A stretch of DNA of 64,000 bases from Armatimonadota bacterium. GTDB lineage: Bacteria; Armatimonadota; SYMT01. Within the stretch, counting starts at the first letter, position 1. Every line of letters begins with the position of its first letter. Below the pieces are notes generated by a model. The model searched no databases. It saw only the letters and a program-made list of their open reading frames with translations, and was not told the origin of the DNA. The stretch spans positions 1,024,001 to 1,088,000 of the forward strand of contig JAWLHY010000001.1 in NCBI GenBank assembly GCA_041690135.1, read 5' to 3'. Position numbers and translations under genes: made by a program. Shown in pieces: positions 1-10,086 of the stretch.

Positions 1-1407
1 TTCCAACCGGCGTCGGCCGCCGAGAGTTACGAACGTTGGATCCTCATGCGCCCGGACGGAACTCCCTTGCCCACCGACGAGCGTCCCCTTCGCCGCGCGC
101 TCCGGGGAGAGACGGTTACCCAGGATGAGGTTGCAATCCAGCGGGGTGATGGGACGCAGGGATTACTCTCGGTCAACGCGTCGCCCGTTCTGGATGAGGC
201 GGGGTCGATCATTGCCGCCGTGGCCACCTTCACCGATGTGACGCTCCAGAAGCAGCTCGAGCAGGAATTGCGCGCGAGCGAAGAGCGCTTCCGCACCCTG
301 GTCGAACAGTCGCCGTTGAGCATTCAAGTACTGGCGCCGGACGGCACCACCCTGCAGGTGAACCGGGCCTGGGAAGAACTGTGGAGCCTGACTCTGGCGC
401 AGTTGCAGCAGGTCGGCTATAACGTGCTGCAGGACCCCCAGTTGGAGCAACGGGGCATTCTTCCTTACCTACGGAGAGGGTTTGCCGGCGAGGCGACGCG
501 CATTCCGCCCATTCTCTACCAGCAGCATGAGACGCTGCCCCAGGCGGCTTCGCCGGATGATTCGGGACGGTGGGTGCGAGCCGTAATCTACCCGGTGCGC
601 AATCTGGCGGGAACGATCGAGCGGCTGGTGCTCATCCACGAGGACTTCACGGAAACCAAGCGCTTGGAGGAGGCGCTGGCGCAGCGAGTGAAGGAGCTGG
701 CCGCCGCGGACCGTCGCAAAGATGAGTTCCTGGCTATGCTCGGGCACGAATTACGAAACCCACTGAGTGCCGTGGCGAATGCGCTCCAGGTGATGGAGAT
801 CGCCCCGCCCGGCTCGCCCGCTTTCCAGCGCAGCTTCGCGGTGGCCCGTCGCCAGTTGGCCCATCAGCAACGGATCGTGGATGATTTGCTCGATGTGAAC
901 CGGATTTCGCGGGGGCGTATCCAACTCTACTCCGAGCAACTCGATCTGGCAGCTCTCGTTCGGGATGCGGTGGAGGATCGGCGCGACAGCATTCAGGCCG
1001 TGGGGCTCGAATTGTCGGAAGACATTCCGCCCAGCCCCGTCCAGGTGACCGGTGACCGTACCCGCCTGCTTCAGGTGGTGGACAACCTCCTGGACAATGC
1101 TCGCAAGTTTACGCCTCCGGGCGGCCGGATTCACGTGCGCCTCCTATTCGATCCCGCTGTGCGTGAGGCTCGCCTCGTAGTGGCTGACACGGGGGTCGGG
1201 TTGGACCCGGATCTCCGCGAGTACCTGTTCGAGGCCTTCGCGCAGGCGGAACACAGTCTCGAGCGCAGCCGTGGCGGTCTTGGCCTGGGACTCTACCTCG
1301 CCCGGAGCCTGGTGGAACTGCATGGGGGCCGCCTTATTGCGGAAAGCGGGGGGCCTGGCCAGGGCACCGAGTTCTCCGTCTATCTACCCCTCGCCGGATC
1401 GAACTGA
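1..1407 (+). CDS. PAS-domain sensor histidine kinase, 5'-truncated by window
   Basis: Frame open from base 1; PAS/PAC segments; H-box FLAMLGHELRNPL; N-box NLLDNARKFT; G1 DTGVG; G2 GLGLGL. Confidence 0.93.
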   Translation, partial: FQPASAAESYERWILMRPDGTPLPTDERPLRRALRGETVTQDEVAIQRGDGTQGLLSVNASPVLDEAGSIIAAVATFTDVTLQKQLEQELRASEERFRTLVEQSPLSIQVLAPDGTTLQVNRAWEELWSLTLAQLQQVGYNVLQDPQLEQRGILPYLRRGFAGEATRIPPILYQQHETLPQAASPDDSGRWVRAVIYPVRNLAGTIERLVLIHEDFTETKRLEEALAQRVKELAAADRRKDEFLAMLGHELRNPLSAVANALQVMEIAPPGSPAFQRSFAVARRQLAHQQRIVDDLLDVNRISRGRIQLYSEQLDLAALVRDAVEDRRDSIQAVGLELSEDIPPSPVQVTGDRTRLLQVVDNLLDNARKFTPPGGRIHVRLLFDPAVREARLVVADTGVGLDPDLREYLFEAFAQAEHSLERSRGGLGLGLYLARSLVELHGGRLIAESGGPGQGTEFSVYLPLAGSN

Positions 1408-1408
1408 C

Positions 1409-1459
1409 CAAAATAAATCGGGCCCGCGTTCCGTTGGAATGCGGGCCCGATTTATTTTG
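1409..1459. terminator. Bidirectional intrinsic terminator
   Basis: caaaataaatcgggcccgc...gcgggcccgatttattttg inverted repeat with A/T tails between convergent genes. Confidence 0.88.
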
Positions 1460-1473
1460 CTATCCGTTAAGGA

Positions 1474-1824
1474 TTACCAGCGGTTGCCACCGCCGCCGCC
1501 GTAGCCGCCGCGGCCACCGCCCCGGCTGCCGCCGCCGCCACCGTAGCCGCCGCCACCGCCGTAGCCGCCACCACCGCTGCGCTCGGGGCGCGGGCGGGCT
1601 TCGTTGACGTTGAGGGTGCGGCCATCCAGCTCCTTGCCGTTCATGGCGGAGATGGCCTCGTTCAGCTTGTCATCGTCCACGTCCACGAACCCGAAACCCT
1701 TGCCGCGGCCATCGTGATCCGTGGGGATCGTGGCGCTGGTGGCGCCGTAGGGCGCGAAGGCGCTCTGCAGTTGCGCTTCGTTCGTGTTCCAGGAAAGGTT
1801 ACCGACGAAAAGTCGCTTGCTCAT
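1474..1824 (-). CDS. RRM-domain RNA-binding protein with glycine-rich tail
   Basis: RNP2 LFVGNL, RNP1 KGFGFVDV, VNEARPR, C-terminal GGGGY/RGG repeats. Confidence 0.95.
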   Translation of the reverse strand: MSKRLFVGNLSWNTNEAQLQSAFAPYGATSATIPTDHDGRGKGFGFVDVDDDKLNEAISAMNGKELDGRTLNVNEARPRPERSGGGGYGGGGGYGGGGGSRGGGRGGYGGGGGNRW

Positions 1825-2235
1825 TCTGTATGTTCCTCCCGGTCATCCGGTGCTCCCCGAAGGGGCCGACATGCCGGTCTCGATGCGGCTCGACCCGAGC
1901 CACGTGGGGTCAACAGAGGGTCCGTCGGCGATCGGCAACAGAAGACAAAAACAAACAGCCCGCGCCCGGTGCTGGTATAGCACTAGCGGGGCAGGCCTGG
2001 GCTTCCGAAACGGTAATGCTGTACGAACTCGATCTGAACTTGACGGGGACACTTTACCATGGCCCGGGAGAGATGGCAACAAAATCGTAACGGGGAAAAG
2101 AAATCCTTTTGCGGGCCCCGGGGAACGTTGATTCTTCGCCCGCTTGCGGGATATTCCGTTACTGTCCCCGTCGCCGGGAAGGTTTGGAACGCTTCCCCGT
2201 GGGGCCAAGATGAAGGCAGGTGGAAGGAGCTAACC

Positions 2236-2694
2236 ATGAGTGCGGAAACCACACCCTCCACGGCGCGGAAACACTCGGCGTCCGGATATGACATCACCCC
2301 GCTGACCCCGGCGGAGCGCGACCGGCTGGCGTCCGGCCTCAGCGCCGAAGAACGCCACGTGCTGCTCGACCACGGCACCGAGCGGGCGTTCTGTGGCGGG
2401 CTCCTGCACAATAAGGGCGAGGGAGTCTATGCCTGCCGTCTCTGCGAACTGCCCCTGTTCCAGTCCGGCGCGAAGTTCGACTCGGGCACCGGCTGGCCCA
2501 GCTTCTACGAGGCGTTCGACCCGGAGCACATCCGGAACATTGAAGATGTCAGTTACGGGATGCGGCGTACCGAGATCCGTTGCGCCCGCTGCGACGCGCA
2601 CCTCGGCCACGTCTTTCCGGACGGCCCTCCTCCCACCGGACTCCGCTACTGCCTCAACTCGGTGGCGATGCAGTTCGTCCCCGACGAAGAGTAA
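2236..2694 (+). CDS. msrB: Peptide-methionine (R)-S-oxide reductase
   Basis: GTERAF, two CxxC, KFDSGTGWPSF, HLGHVFPDGP, RYCLNS; AAGGAG RBS before ATG 2236. Confidence 0.96.
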   Translation: MSAETTPSTARKHSASGYDITPLTPAERDRLASGLSAEERHVLLDHGTERAFCGGLLHNKGEGVYACRLCELPLFQSGAKFDSGTGWPSFYEAFDPEHIRNIEDVSYGMRRTEIRCARCDAHLGHVFPDGPPPTGLRYCLNSVAMQFVPDEE

Positions 2695-2800
2695 CCCGGC
2701 CGGGGGCACTTCCTCGCGCAAATGAATGGTCCGCCGGTGGACTATCATTCCGTAACGGAGCCCACCGGCTGAAGACCGGCTCCGGACCGCGAGGAGCGAG

Positions 2801-3625
2801 ATGCCACAACCCTCTCCAGCCACCACGGGCAGGCGGCGCCCTTCACTCCAGGAATTGGGCGTGGACCTGGTTCGTGTCTCACCCCTCCGCCGCACCGTTT
2901 CGCTTGCGCTGCCGTTCGGATATGCGATCGGATACTTCATTCTGGCGATACAAGGTTGGTGGGTTCCCGCCGTCCTCTGCCTGATGGCGCTCAGCTTCGT
3001 CACCTACGGCTCCGTCTCGCACGACCTGGTCCACCGCTCTCTCGGCCTGAACCGCCGGGCGAACGATGTGCTGTTGACCCTCATTGAGTTGCTCGCGCTT
3101 CGGAGCGGGACGGCCTACCGGCTGAGCCACCTCCATCATCACCGGCGCTACCCGGCCGAGGACGATATAGAAGCAGCGGCAGCCGGGATGACCCTGTGGG
3201 GCGCCCTGGTGGAAGGGGTGAAGTTCCAGCTCAAGATTTTTGTCTGGGCGTGGCGGCAGTACCCGGCCCGGCGTAACCGGTTGGCACTGGAGGGGGGCCT
3301 GATCGCCACGCTTTATGGGACGGGTGGACTGCTCCTTCCCTGGACCCCGGTTCCGTTCCTCTATGCCCTGTTGATGACGACGGGCGCCTGGGTCATCCCG
3401 CTCATCACCTCATATCTGCCGCACGATCCGCACGCGGAGGATGAGCTGCACCAGACCCGCGCCTACCGCGGCACGGTGTTCTCCATCCTGGCTTTCCAGC
3501 ACCTCTATCACCTGGAACACCACCTTTACCCCGCGGTGCCTCATCATCACTGGCCGGAGCTGGCGCGGCGGCTGGACCCCTTTCTGCAGCGGTCGGGGGT
3601 CGTTCCCCTCCGGCTCTGGTTCTAA
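2801..3625 (+). CDS. Fatty acid desaturase family membrane di-iron protein
   Basis: His boxes HDLVH, HLHHH, HLEHH; hydrophobic segments. Confidence 0.88.
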   Translation: MPQPSPATTGRRRPSLQELGVDLVRVSPLRRTVSLALPFGYAIGYFILAIQGWWVPAVLCLMALSFVTYGSVSHDLVHRSLGLNRRANDVLLTLIELLALRSGTAYRLSHLHHHRRYPAEDDIEAAAAGMTLWGALVEGVKFQLKIFVWAWRQYPARRNRLALEGGLIATLYGTGGLLLPWTPVPFLYALLMTTGAWVIPLITSYLPHDPHAEDELHQTRAYRGTVFSILAFQHLYHLEHHLYPAVPHHHWPELARRLDPFLQRSGVVPLRLWF

Positions 3626-3634
3626 AGTTTAAAG

Positions 3635-4612
3635 ATGGTTGCCCGCTGGCTCATCCGTTACGGTTGGCGTCCCTTCGAGATCCTGGCGCGGAGCACTCCG
3701 CCCTGGCCGCTCTCGGCACGCCTGGAGGAGCCGCTTCCGGGAGTGGTCTGCGTGCGGGTCGAGAACGGGATGACCCGCGCCCTGTCCCGTCTGGCGGGCG
3801 GCTATGACTACGCGGTCCTCTATGTTCTCCGCGGCTCCGTGATGATCGATACCGGCTATCCCTGGGCGGCGCGCGAGCTCCGGCGGGTCTTTGCCTCGCA
3901 GGGCTGGGGCCGCACCGTGCGGACCGTCATCAACACCCACTACCACGAGGACCACATCGGGAACAACGATGTGGTCGCGGAGCTGACGGGTGCTCGTTTC
4001 CTGGGTGGCGACGCAACAACCGCGGAGGTGCGGTTACCTGCCCGGCTGCCCTGGTACCGGCGGTTCCTGTTCGGCCCGGTCTCCCCGCTGCGGCCGGTAC
4101 GGATGGAGGTCGCCCCCTCGCGGCTGGAAGTGGACGATCTGGTGCTGGAATGCCTGGAGACCCCGGGGCACTGCCCCGGCCACCTGTGCGTCTTCGTACC
4201 CGAGACCGGTTGGCTCTTCAGCGGCGACCTGTTCGTGGCGCCGGATCTGGACACCCAACTCCCCGACGTGGACGGCCCCGCATGGATTCGTAGTCTCGAA
4301 CGGATCCTCACGCTTCCGGTCACCGCCCTCTTCGATGCCCACGGCACCGTCATCCTGGGCGAGGTCCCGGTGCGTCAGGCGTTACGGCTCAAGCTGGAGT
4401 TCTTGCGGGAGATCCGGGGCCGCGTCGAGGTCCATCTGGAAGAGGCCACGAGTCTGGATGATCTCACCCAGCGGGTCTTCCCTACGCACAACTGCAAGGA
4501 GCGCCTGGCCCTGGGAGACGGATGGCTCTCGGTCTGGACCGGCGCCGACTTCTCTCGGTATCACCTCGTCCGTTCGTTCGCCCGTTCTCTGTTGGCGCCA
4601 CGACCCGATTAG
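3635..4612 (+). CDS. MBL-fold metallo-hydrolase
   Basis: IDTG, THYHEDHIG, TPGH, FSGD, AHG motifs. Confidence 0.9.
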   Translation: MVARWLIRYGWRPFEILARSTPPWPLSARLEEPLPGVVCVRVENGMTRALSRLAGGYDYAVLYVLRGSVMIDTGYPWAARELRRVFASQGWGRTVRTVINTHYHEDHIGNNDVVAELTGARFLGGDATTAEVRLPARLPWYRRFLFGPVSPLRPVRMEVAPSRLEVDDLVLECLETPGHCPGHLCVFVPETGWLFSGDLFVAPDLDTQLPDVDGPAWIRSLERILTLPVTALFDAHGTVILGEVPVRQALRLKLEFLREIRGRVEVHLEEATSLDDLTQRVFPTHNCKERLALGDGWLSVWTGADFSRYHLVRSFARSLLAPRPD

Positions 4613-4646
4613 GCTCCTTCTCCGGTCTGTTCCCGGTGTTCCCCTC

Positions 4647-5876
4647 TTACTCTCGGCGGAGAGCTTCGATCGGGTGGAGCTTGGCGGCTTTACGGGCGGG
4701 CCAGTAGCCAAAGAAGATCCCGATACCGGCGGAGACGCCGACCGCGAGGAGCACGCTTTCCAGCGTGGGGGTGATGTTCCACTTGGAGATGCGGGCGGCG
4801 ATAAGGGCGATGCCGCCGCCGAAGAGGACCCCGAGGATCCCTCCGGCGATGGAGAGCAATGCGGACTCGATCAGGAATTGGGCGCGGATGTTCGCTTCGG
4901 TGGCGCCGAGGGCCTTGCGGATGCCGATCTCGCGGGTCCGCTCGGTCACCGAGACGAGCATGATGTTCATGATTCCGATCCCGCCGACGGTGAGGGAGAT
5001 CCCCGCGATGCTCGCCAGCAGGATGGTGAGCACCCCCGTGATGGTCTGCATGATCTTCAGGAGCTGGGCCTGGGAGAGCACGGTGAAGTCGTCGTTATCG
5101 GGGAACGGCGGCGAGAGACGGTGGCGGCGCCGGAGCAGGGAGATGATCTGCTCCTGGGCCAGGTCGATGGTGTCGGAGGAGCGGCACTCCACGCTGATGG
5201 CGGAGACGTGCTTCTGGTTGAGCACGCGGTAAAGGGCGGTGTTCAGTGGGATCAGGACCATGTCGTCCTGGTTCTCCCCGAACGTGTTGGTGCCTTTCTC
5301 GCCGAGCACGCCAACTACCTTGAACCGGACCCGGTTCAGAGCCACCTCCAGGCCCACGCAGTTCGCGTTCTTGCTGCCGAAGAGGCTCTCCACCACCGTC
5401 TTACCCAGGACCACGACCCGGGACCGGGCGTCCTCGTCGGACTGGTTGAGCTGTCTCCCCAGGGAGATGGTGAAGTTGTTCACCACCAGGAAAGAGGGCG
5501 TGGCGCCGTTGACGGTGGTCCGCCAGTTCTGGTTGCCGGCCTTGACCAAGACGGAACTGCGCACCATCGGGCAGACCCGTGAGACCGTGTTGGCACAGCG
5601 GGCCAGGATTGCCTCCGCGTCCGAGGGTTTCAGGGTCTGTGTCAGCCCGCTGGGCTCGCCGGGGCCTAGCCGGGGGTTGGCGGGAACGATGTAGAGCAGG
5701 TTGTTGCCGAGCTGGCCGACGGAGTTGGTAACGGAAGCCGCCGCCCCCTGCCCTACCGCCACGGCCGCCACGACCGCCGCCACACCGATGATGACGCCCA
5801 GCATGGTAAGGCCGGAGCGCATCCGGTTGTCGCGCAACGCCCGCCAGGCAAAGCGAAAAGTGTCCAGCGGCGTCAT
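4647..5876 (-). CDS. ABC transporter permease (MacB/FtsX-type)
   Basis: RSGLTMLGVIIG, GGIGIMNIMLVSVTERTREIGIRKALGA, PIEALR; start MTPLD overlaps ATPase stop (TGATG). Confidence 0.93.
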   Translation of the reverse strand: MTPLDTFRFAWRALRDNRMRSGLTMLGVIIGVAAVVAAVAVGQGAAASVTNSVGQLGNNLLYIVPANPRLGPGEPSGLTQTLKPSDAEAILARCANTVSRVCPMVRSSVLVKAGNQNWRTTVNGATPSFLVVNNFTISLGRQLNQSDEDARSRVVVLGKTVVESLFGSKNANCVGLEVALNRVRFKVVGVLGEKGTNTFGENQDDMVLIPLNTALYRVLNQKHVSAISVECRSSDTIDLAQEQIISLLRRRHRLSPPFPDNDDFTVLSQAQLLKIMQTITGVLTILLASIAGISLTVGGIGIMNIMLVSVTERTREIGIRKALGATEANIRAQFLIESALLSIAGGILGVLFGGGIALIAARISKWNITPTLESVLLAVGVSAGIGIFFGYWPARKAAKLHPIEALRRE

Positions 5877-6619
5877 CAAAGCTCCAGGATGCCGGTCGTC
5901 AGGTTCTCGGGCGTCTCCAGCCATTCGCGGGCCAGGATGCGCCGCCGGATGGGGCTATCCGCCACGATGTGCCCGTCCTGCACCTGCACCAGCCGCAGGG
6001 CATGGCGGGCGATGTGCGCCTCGTGGGTGACCAGGGCGATGGTGATCCCCTGGTCGCTCAGCTCCTGGAAGATCTGCATGATCTCCTCACCCATCTGGGT
6101 GGAGACGTTCCCGGTCGGTTCGTCGGCGAAGAGGATTCGCGGCTCGCCCGCGATGGCCCGCGCAATCGCCACCCGCTGCTGCTGGCCGCCGGAGAGTTCG
6201 TTCGGACGGTGGTCCATCCGGTTGGCGAGGCCCACTCGTTCCAGCGCCACCTCGGCGCGTTTCCGCCGGTTGGGGATGCCGCCGTAGACCATCGGAAGCT
6301 CCACGTTCTCCAGGGCCGTGTAAGAGGGCAGCAGGTTGAAGCTCTGGAACACGAAGCCGATCATCCGATTGCGGATCCGGGCCAGCTCGATGTCGTCCAT
6401 CGCCGAGACCTCCTCGCCGGCGAGATGGTACGTGCCGCTGGTCGGTGCGTCGAGGCACCCCAGGATGTGCATCAGGGTGCTCTTCCCGGAGCCGGAGGGG
6501 CCCATGATGGCGACGAACTCCCCGTCGCCCACCGTGAGGTCCACGCCGTCCAGCGCGCGGACTTCCTGGTCCCCCATCCGGTAGATCTTCCGGATGTCGC
6601 GGAGCGTGATCAGGCTCAT
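5876..6619 (-). CDS. ABC transporter ATP-binding protein (MacB/LolD-like)
   Basis: Walker A GPSGSGKS, signature LSGGQQQR, Walker B ILFADEPTGN, VTH. Confidence 0.96.
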   Translation of the reverse strand: MSLITLRDIRKIYRMGDQEVRALDGVDLTVGDGEFVAIMGPSGSGKSTLMHILGCLDAPTSGTYHLAGEEVSAMDDIELARIRNRMIGFVFQSFNLLPSYTALENVELPMVYGGIPNRRKRAEVALERVGLANRMDHRPNELSGGQQQRVAIARAIAGEPRILFADEPTGNVSTQMGEEIMQIFQELSDQGITIALVTHEAHIARHALRLVQVQDGHIVADSPIRRRILAREWLETPENLTTGILEL

Positions 6620-8334
6620 TGCCGGTTCCGATCCGCATCCTGCGCGTCGGTGGCCTTCACGCCCAGCCGCGGCAGGCCCGCCAGGATGACCTCCTCCCCC
6701 TCCTTCAGGCCCGAGGTCACTTCGGTCCGCGAGCCGTCGTCGACCGCGATGGTGACCACGCGCGTCTCCACCCGCTCCTTGCCCTGCTTCTCGCGGTGCA
6801 AGACGTAGACGATGTTGCGGGTGATCTCCCGGTGGACGGCTTCGGAAGGGATTAGCAACCGCTCCTTGCGGCGCCCCAGGATCAGCGTTACATCCGCGGT
6901 CATGTCCGGCCGGAGCAGGCCCCCACTATCGTCCAGGGCGATCGTCGTTTCGTAGGTCACAACGTTGTCCTTAACGGTGGAGGCGCTAGCCGCCTTCGTC
7001 ACCCGGCCCTGGAAGACGCGGTCGGGGAACGACTCCACCCGAATCTCCGCCGGGAGACCGATCCGCACTTTCCCGATATCGACCTCGTCCACGTACGCCC
7101 GCACCTCCAGCCGCTTGAGGTCCGCGACCGTGATCAGCGTGGGGGTGGCGAACCCCGCGGCCACCGTTTCCCCCTGCTGGGTGGTGATGGTCAACACCGT
7201 GCCGGTGATCGGTGAGCGGATCACGGTGCGCGCGAGCTGGACTTCCTGGTAGTCGAGGAGTGCCTGGGCCTGTTTGAGACTGGCGCGCGCCTGCACCACG
7301 GCGGAACTGGCCTCCTTCACCGCCTGGAGACGCACGGTGTTCTGGGTCAGGCCGGTTTTGCGTAATTCCAGCGAGGCTTCCGATTGGCGCACGGTCTCCT
7401 GAGCGCTGCCCGCTTCCGCGGCGCGGAGTTGGTTCTGTAGTTGACCGGCGCGGGCCGCAGTTAGGGCAGCCTCCGCCTGGACCACCTGGTTGCGGGCCGT
7501 CTGGAGGTCCGCCTCGACCTTCTCCTTCACCACTCGCTGGCTGGCCTCGGCGTTCTTAAGGCGCGCCGACGAAAGCCGGAAGGCGGTCCGGGCGTTGTCA
7601 CGGTCCTGCTGGGAAGTGAAACCCAGTTGATAGAGGCGCTCCTGCCGCTGCAGCACCCGCTGGTCGTTCTCCACGCTGGCCTTTGCTTCATCGATGGACG
7701 CCTGGGCCTGCACGAGTTGGAGATTCACCGTTTGCTTGACCTGCTGCTCCTGGGCTTTCGAGGTAGACAGGGCCGCCTCGGCGCGGGCGATCTCGGCGGA
7801 AGTCTGCGTGGGCTGGTACTCCGCGGCCGCCTCGGACATGCGCAAACGCTCCGTCGCCGCCTTCAGGGCGAAGTCGGCCTCCCGGATCTGCGCTTCCGTT
7901 TGCTCCTCGGTGAGGCGGGCATTTAGACGGGCCTGTTCCAGGCGACTTTCGGCCTGCTGCAGGTTGGCCTGGGCCACCGCCACGTTGTGCCGCTGTTGAT
8001 CCACCTGCGCCTGGAAGTCCGGCGCATCGATGACCGCGACCACCTGCCCCTCGCGCACGAGCGTCCCCACATCGGCGGGAAGGGAGGCGATCCGGCCGCT
8101 GATCTGCGTGCCGATGTTGACCCGGGCGCCTACCTGTGCGGAGACCACGCCGGTGGCGGTGATCTTCTGGTCGATGTCCCCACGCTCGACCTGCCCCACC
8201 TGGACGCCCTGCGGGAGCTTCTTGGCGTTCTCCGCACTCGCTCGCTGCTGCCAGAACCAGAACCCACCGCCGCCGGCAATAGCGACCAGAACCAAGATCC
8301 AACCCCACGAAACCCGGCGCTTCTTCGCGGCCAT
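6616..8334 (-). CDS. Efflux periplasmic adaptor (MacA/HlyD-like) with long coiled coil
   Basis: N-terminal TM after MAAKKRR; lipoyl halves QISGRI..VREGQ and RSPITGTV; VDEVDIG, LRPDMT; ORF extension to 8988 overlaps pfkA and is rejected. Confidence 0.9.
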   Translation of the reverse strand: MAAKKRRVSWGWILVLVAIAGGGGFWFWQQRASAENAKKLPQGVQVGQVERGDIDQKITATGVVSAQVGARVNIGTQISGRIASLPADVGTLVREGQVVAVIDAPDFQAQVDQQRHNVAVAQANLQQAESRLEQARLNARLTEEQTEAQIREADFALKAATERLRMSEAAAEYQPTQTSAEIARAEAALSTSKAQEQQVKQTVNLQLVQAQASIDEAKASVENDQRVLQRQERLYQLGFTSQQDRDNARTAFRLSSARLKNAEASQRVVKEKVEADLQTARNQVVQAEAALTAARAGQLQNQLRAAEAGSAQETVRQSEASLELRKTGLTQNTVRLQAVKEASSAVVQARASLKQAQALLDYQEVQLARTVIRSPITGTVLTITTQQGETVAAGFATPTLITVADLKRLEVRAYVDEVDIGKVRIGLPAEIRVESFPDRVFQGRVTKAASASTVKDNVVTYETTIALDDSGGLLRPDMTADVTLILGRRKERLLIPSEAVHREITRNIVYVLHREKQGKERVETRVVTIAVDDGSRTEVTSGLKEGEEVILAGLPRLGVKATDAQDADRNRQ

Positions 8335-8544
8335 TCGCCCATGCCCCCACCACATACCCGACTCGCCGGATAAGTATAGAGGTGTGATGGAGACCCGACA
8401 ATCGGGCCGGCTGCACTGGGCGAGCAAGCACAGCCGGGGAGGTGGGATAGCACAGTGGACATGAGACACAGAGCGTTGCTCGGCGGCTGTATTGGGGGTA
8501 GATAGGAGGGGCAACCTCGATTGCCACCCACGAGGAGTTGAACC

Positions 8545-9606
8545 ATGAGCGAGCAGCCGGACAAGATTGGGGTCTTCGTGGCCGGCGGACCGGCGCCCGG
8601 GATTAACGGGGTGATCAAGGGCGTCGTCCAGGAGGCCCACAACGCGGGCCTGCGCGTCATCGGCTTTCAGGATGGGGCCGATGGCCTGGTCAACAAGCGG
8701 ATGGTGAACCTGACGCGCAGCCGGGTCGAGGACATCCACATCCTGGGCGGCAGCATCATCGGCACGTCGCGATACCGGATCAACGCCGACGGCAACGACC
8801 TCCGCCGGATATTGAAAAACCTCCAGGAGGAGGGCATCGATGGCCTCATCTCCATCGGCGGGGAGGGCACGTTGCAGTTCGCGGACGTGCTGCGCCGGGC
8901 CGGCGTGCCGGTGATCCATGTCCCCAAGACGATCGACAACGACATCGCGGGGGTGGATGAGACCTTTGGCTTCGATACGGCGGTCCACGAGGCCTCACGG
9001 ATGTTGACCGCCATCAAGTTGGACGCCGAGGCGGGCGACAACTGGTTCATCGTGGAGATCATGGGTCGCAACACGGGCCATCTGGCCCTGGAGGCCGGGC
9101 TGGCGGCCGGATGCACGCGGGTGTTAATTCCGGAAGACGGCCCCATCAGTGTGGACGAGCTGAGCGACACGATGCGGGCCCGGGCGCGCAGTGGGCGCAA
9201 CTGGGGCGTGATCCTGGTGGCGGAAGCTTCCCACTTCGGGCAGGGCGCCATCACCCGTTACGGGCGGCTAGGGGGCGTGTGTGACGAGTTGGCGATGCGC
9301 CTGGACGTTGCCTGCCATCTGAAGGGGCTTGCCTGTAAGATCCGGACGAGCAATCTCGGATACTTCCTGCGCTGCGCCGAGCCTACCGGTCACGACCGCG
9401 CTTACGCCGCCATGCTCGGCCTGGGTGCCGCGCGCTTCATTCTCGACCCGAGCCGCTCGGGGCAGATGGTGGTGGTCCGCGACGGGCAGTTGGACGGCCT
9501 GCCCATGGAAGAGGTTGCCGGCAAGATCAAGCCGGTGGACCGGAACGGGATCCTCTACCAGGCACTCAAAGCCGTCGAGAGTTACGAAGCCACTCCCAAG
9601 ACCTGA
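8545..9606 (+). CDS. pfkA: 6-phosphofructokinase (PfkA family; GGEG plus PKTIDND, likely ATP-dependent)
   Basis: GGPAPG, GTSR, IGGEGT, PKTIDND, FGFDT, EIMGR; AGGAG RBS. Confidence 0.9.
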   Translation: MSEQPDKIGVFVAGGPAPGINGVIKGVVQEAHNAGLRVIGFQDGADGLVNKRMVNLTRSRVEDIHILGGSIIGTSRYRINADGNDLRRILKNLQEEGIDGLISIGGEGTLQFADVLRRAGVPVIHVPKTIDNDIAGVDETFGFDTAVHEASRMLTAIKLDAEAGDNWFIVEIMGRNTGHLALEAGLAAGCTRVLIPEDGPISVDELSDTMRARARSGRNWGVILVAEASHFGQGAITRYGRLGGVCDELAMRLDVACHLKGLACKIRTSNLGYFLRCAEPTGHDRAYAAMLGLGAARFILDPSRSGQMVVVRDGQLDGLPMEEVAGKIKPVDRNGILYQALKAVESYEATPKT

Positions 9607-9756
9607 AACCCCATCCTGTCCATCTTGTCTGCTCCCTCCGCACCCAGGCGATACATCCCGGAACCGGCGCCTCCCAACTTTCGTCCTAGTGATGGATGAT
9701 CACAGTATCCCCGTCCCCCACTTTTGGTCGGACCTTACCGCCTCTCGGATAGACCC

Positions 9757-10086
9757 ATGGATCCACAGTATCTGCCGTACGTATGGCTGGGCGCTTCCCT
9801 GCTCGGCGCGGTGCTTCTCGATTTTGTGGTCGTGCGGATATTGCTGGACCTGGTCCGGCCTACGACGGCCTATGTCTTTTGGATCGGGCGGGCGGGTAAG
9901 CTGGTAGCGCTGCTGGGCTGGTGCGTGTTCTTCAACCGCTTCTGGTACCCGACCTACCTCGGGCAGGGAGCGGCTGCTCCGCCGATGCTCGGGGCGATCG
10001 AGTGGGCAGTGGCCGGGATCATGATCTTACTGGCGGCAACTTCTCTTCCTCGCGGCTTTGCCGGAAAGGGCACTCCGGATGCCTGA
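9757..10086 (+). CDS. Small membrane protein (~3 TM), hypothetical
   Basis: 109 aa with three hydrophobic stretches; stop overlaps start of tubulin-like gene. Confidence 0.65.
   Translation: MDPQYLPYVWLGASLLGAVLLDFVVVRILLDLVRPTTAYVFWIGRAGKLVALLGWCVFFNRFWYPTYLGQGAAAPPMLGAIEWAVAGIMILLAATSLPRGFAGKGTPDA

Noticed and set aside
8335-8988. N-terminal extension of the 790-aa adaptor ORF
   Set aside because: Antisense shadow of pfkA; homology starts at MAAKKRR
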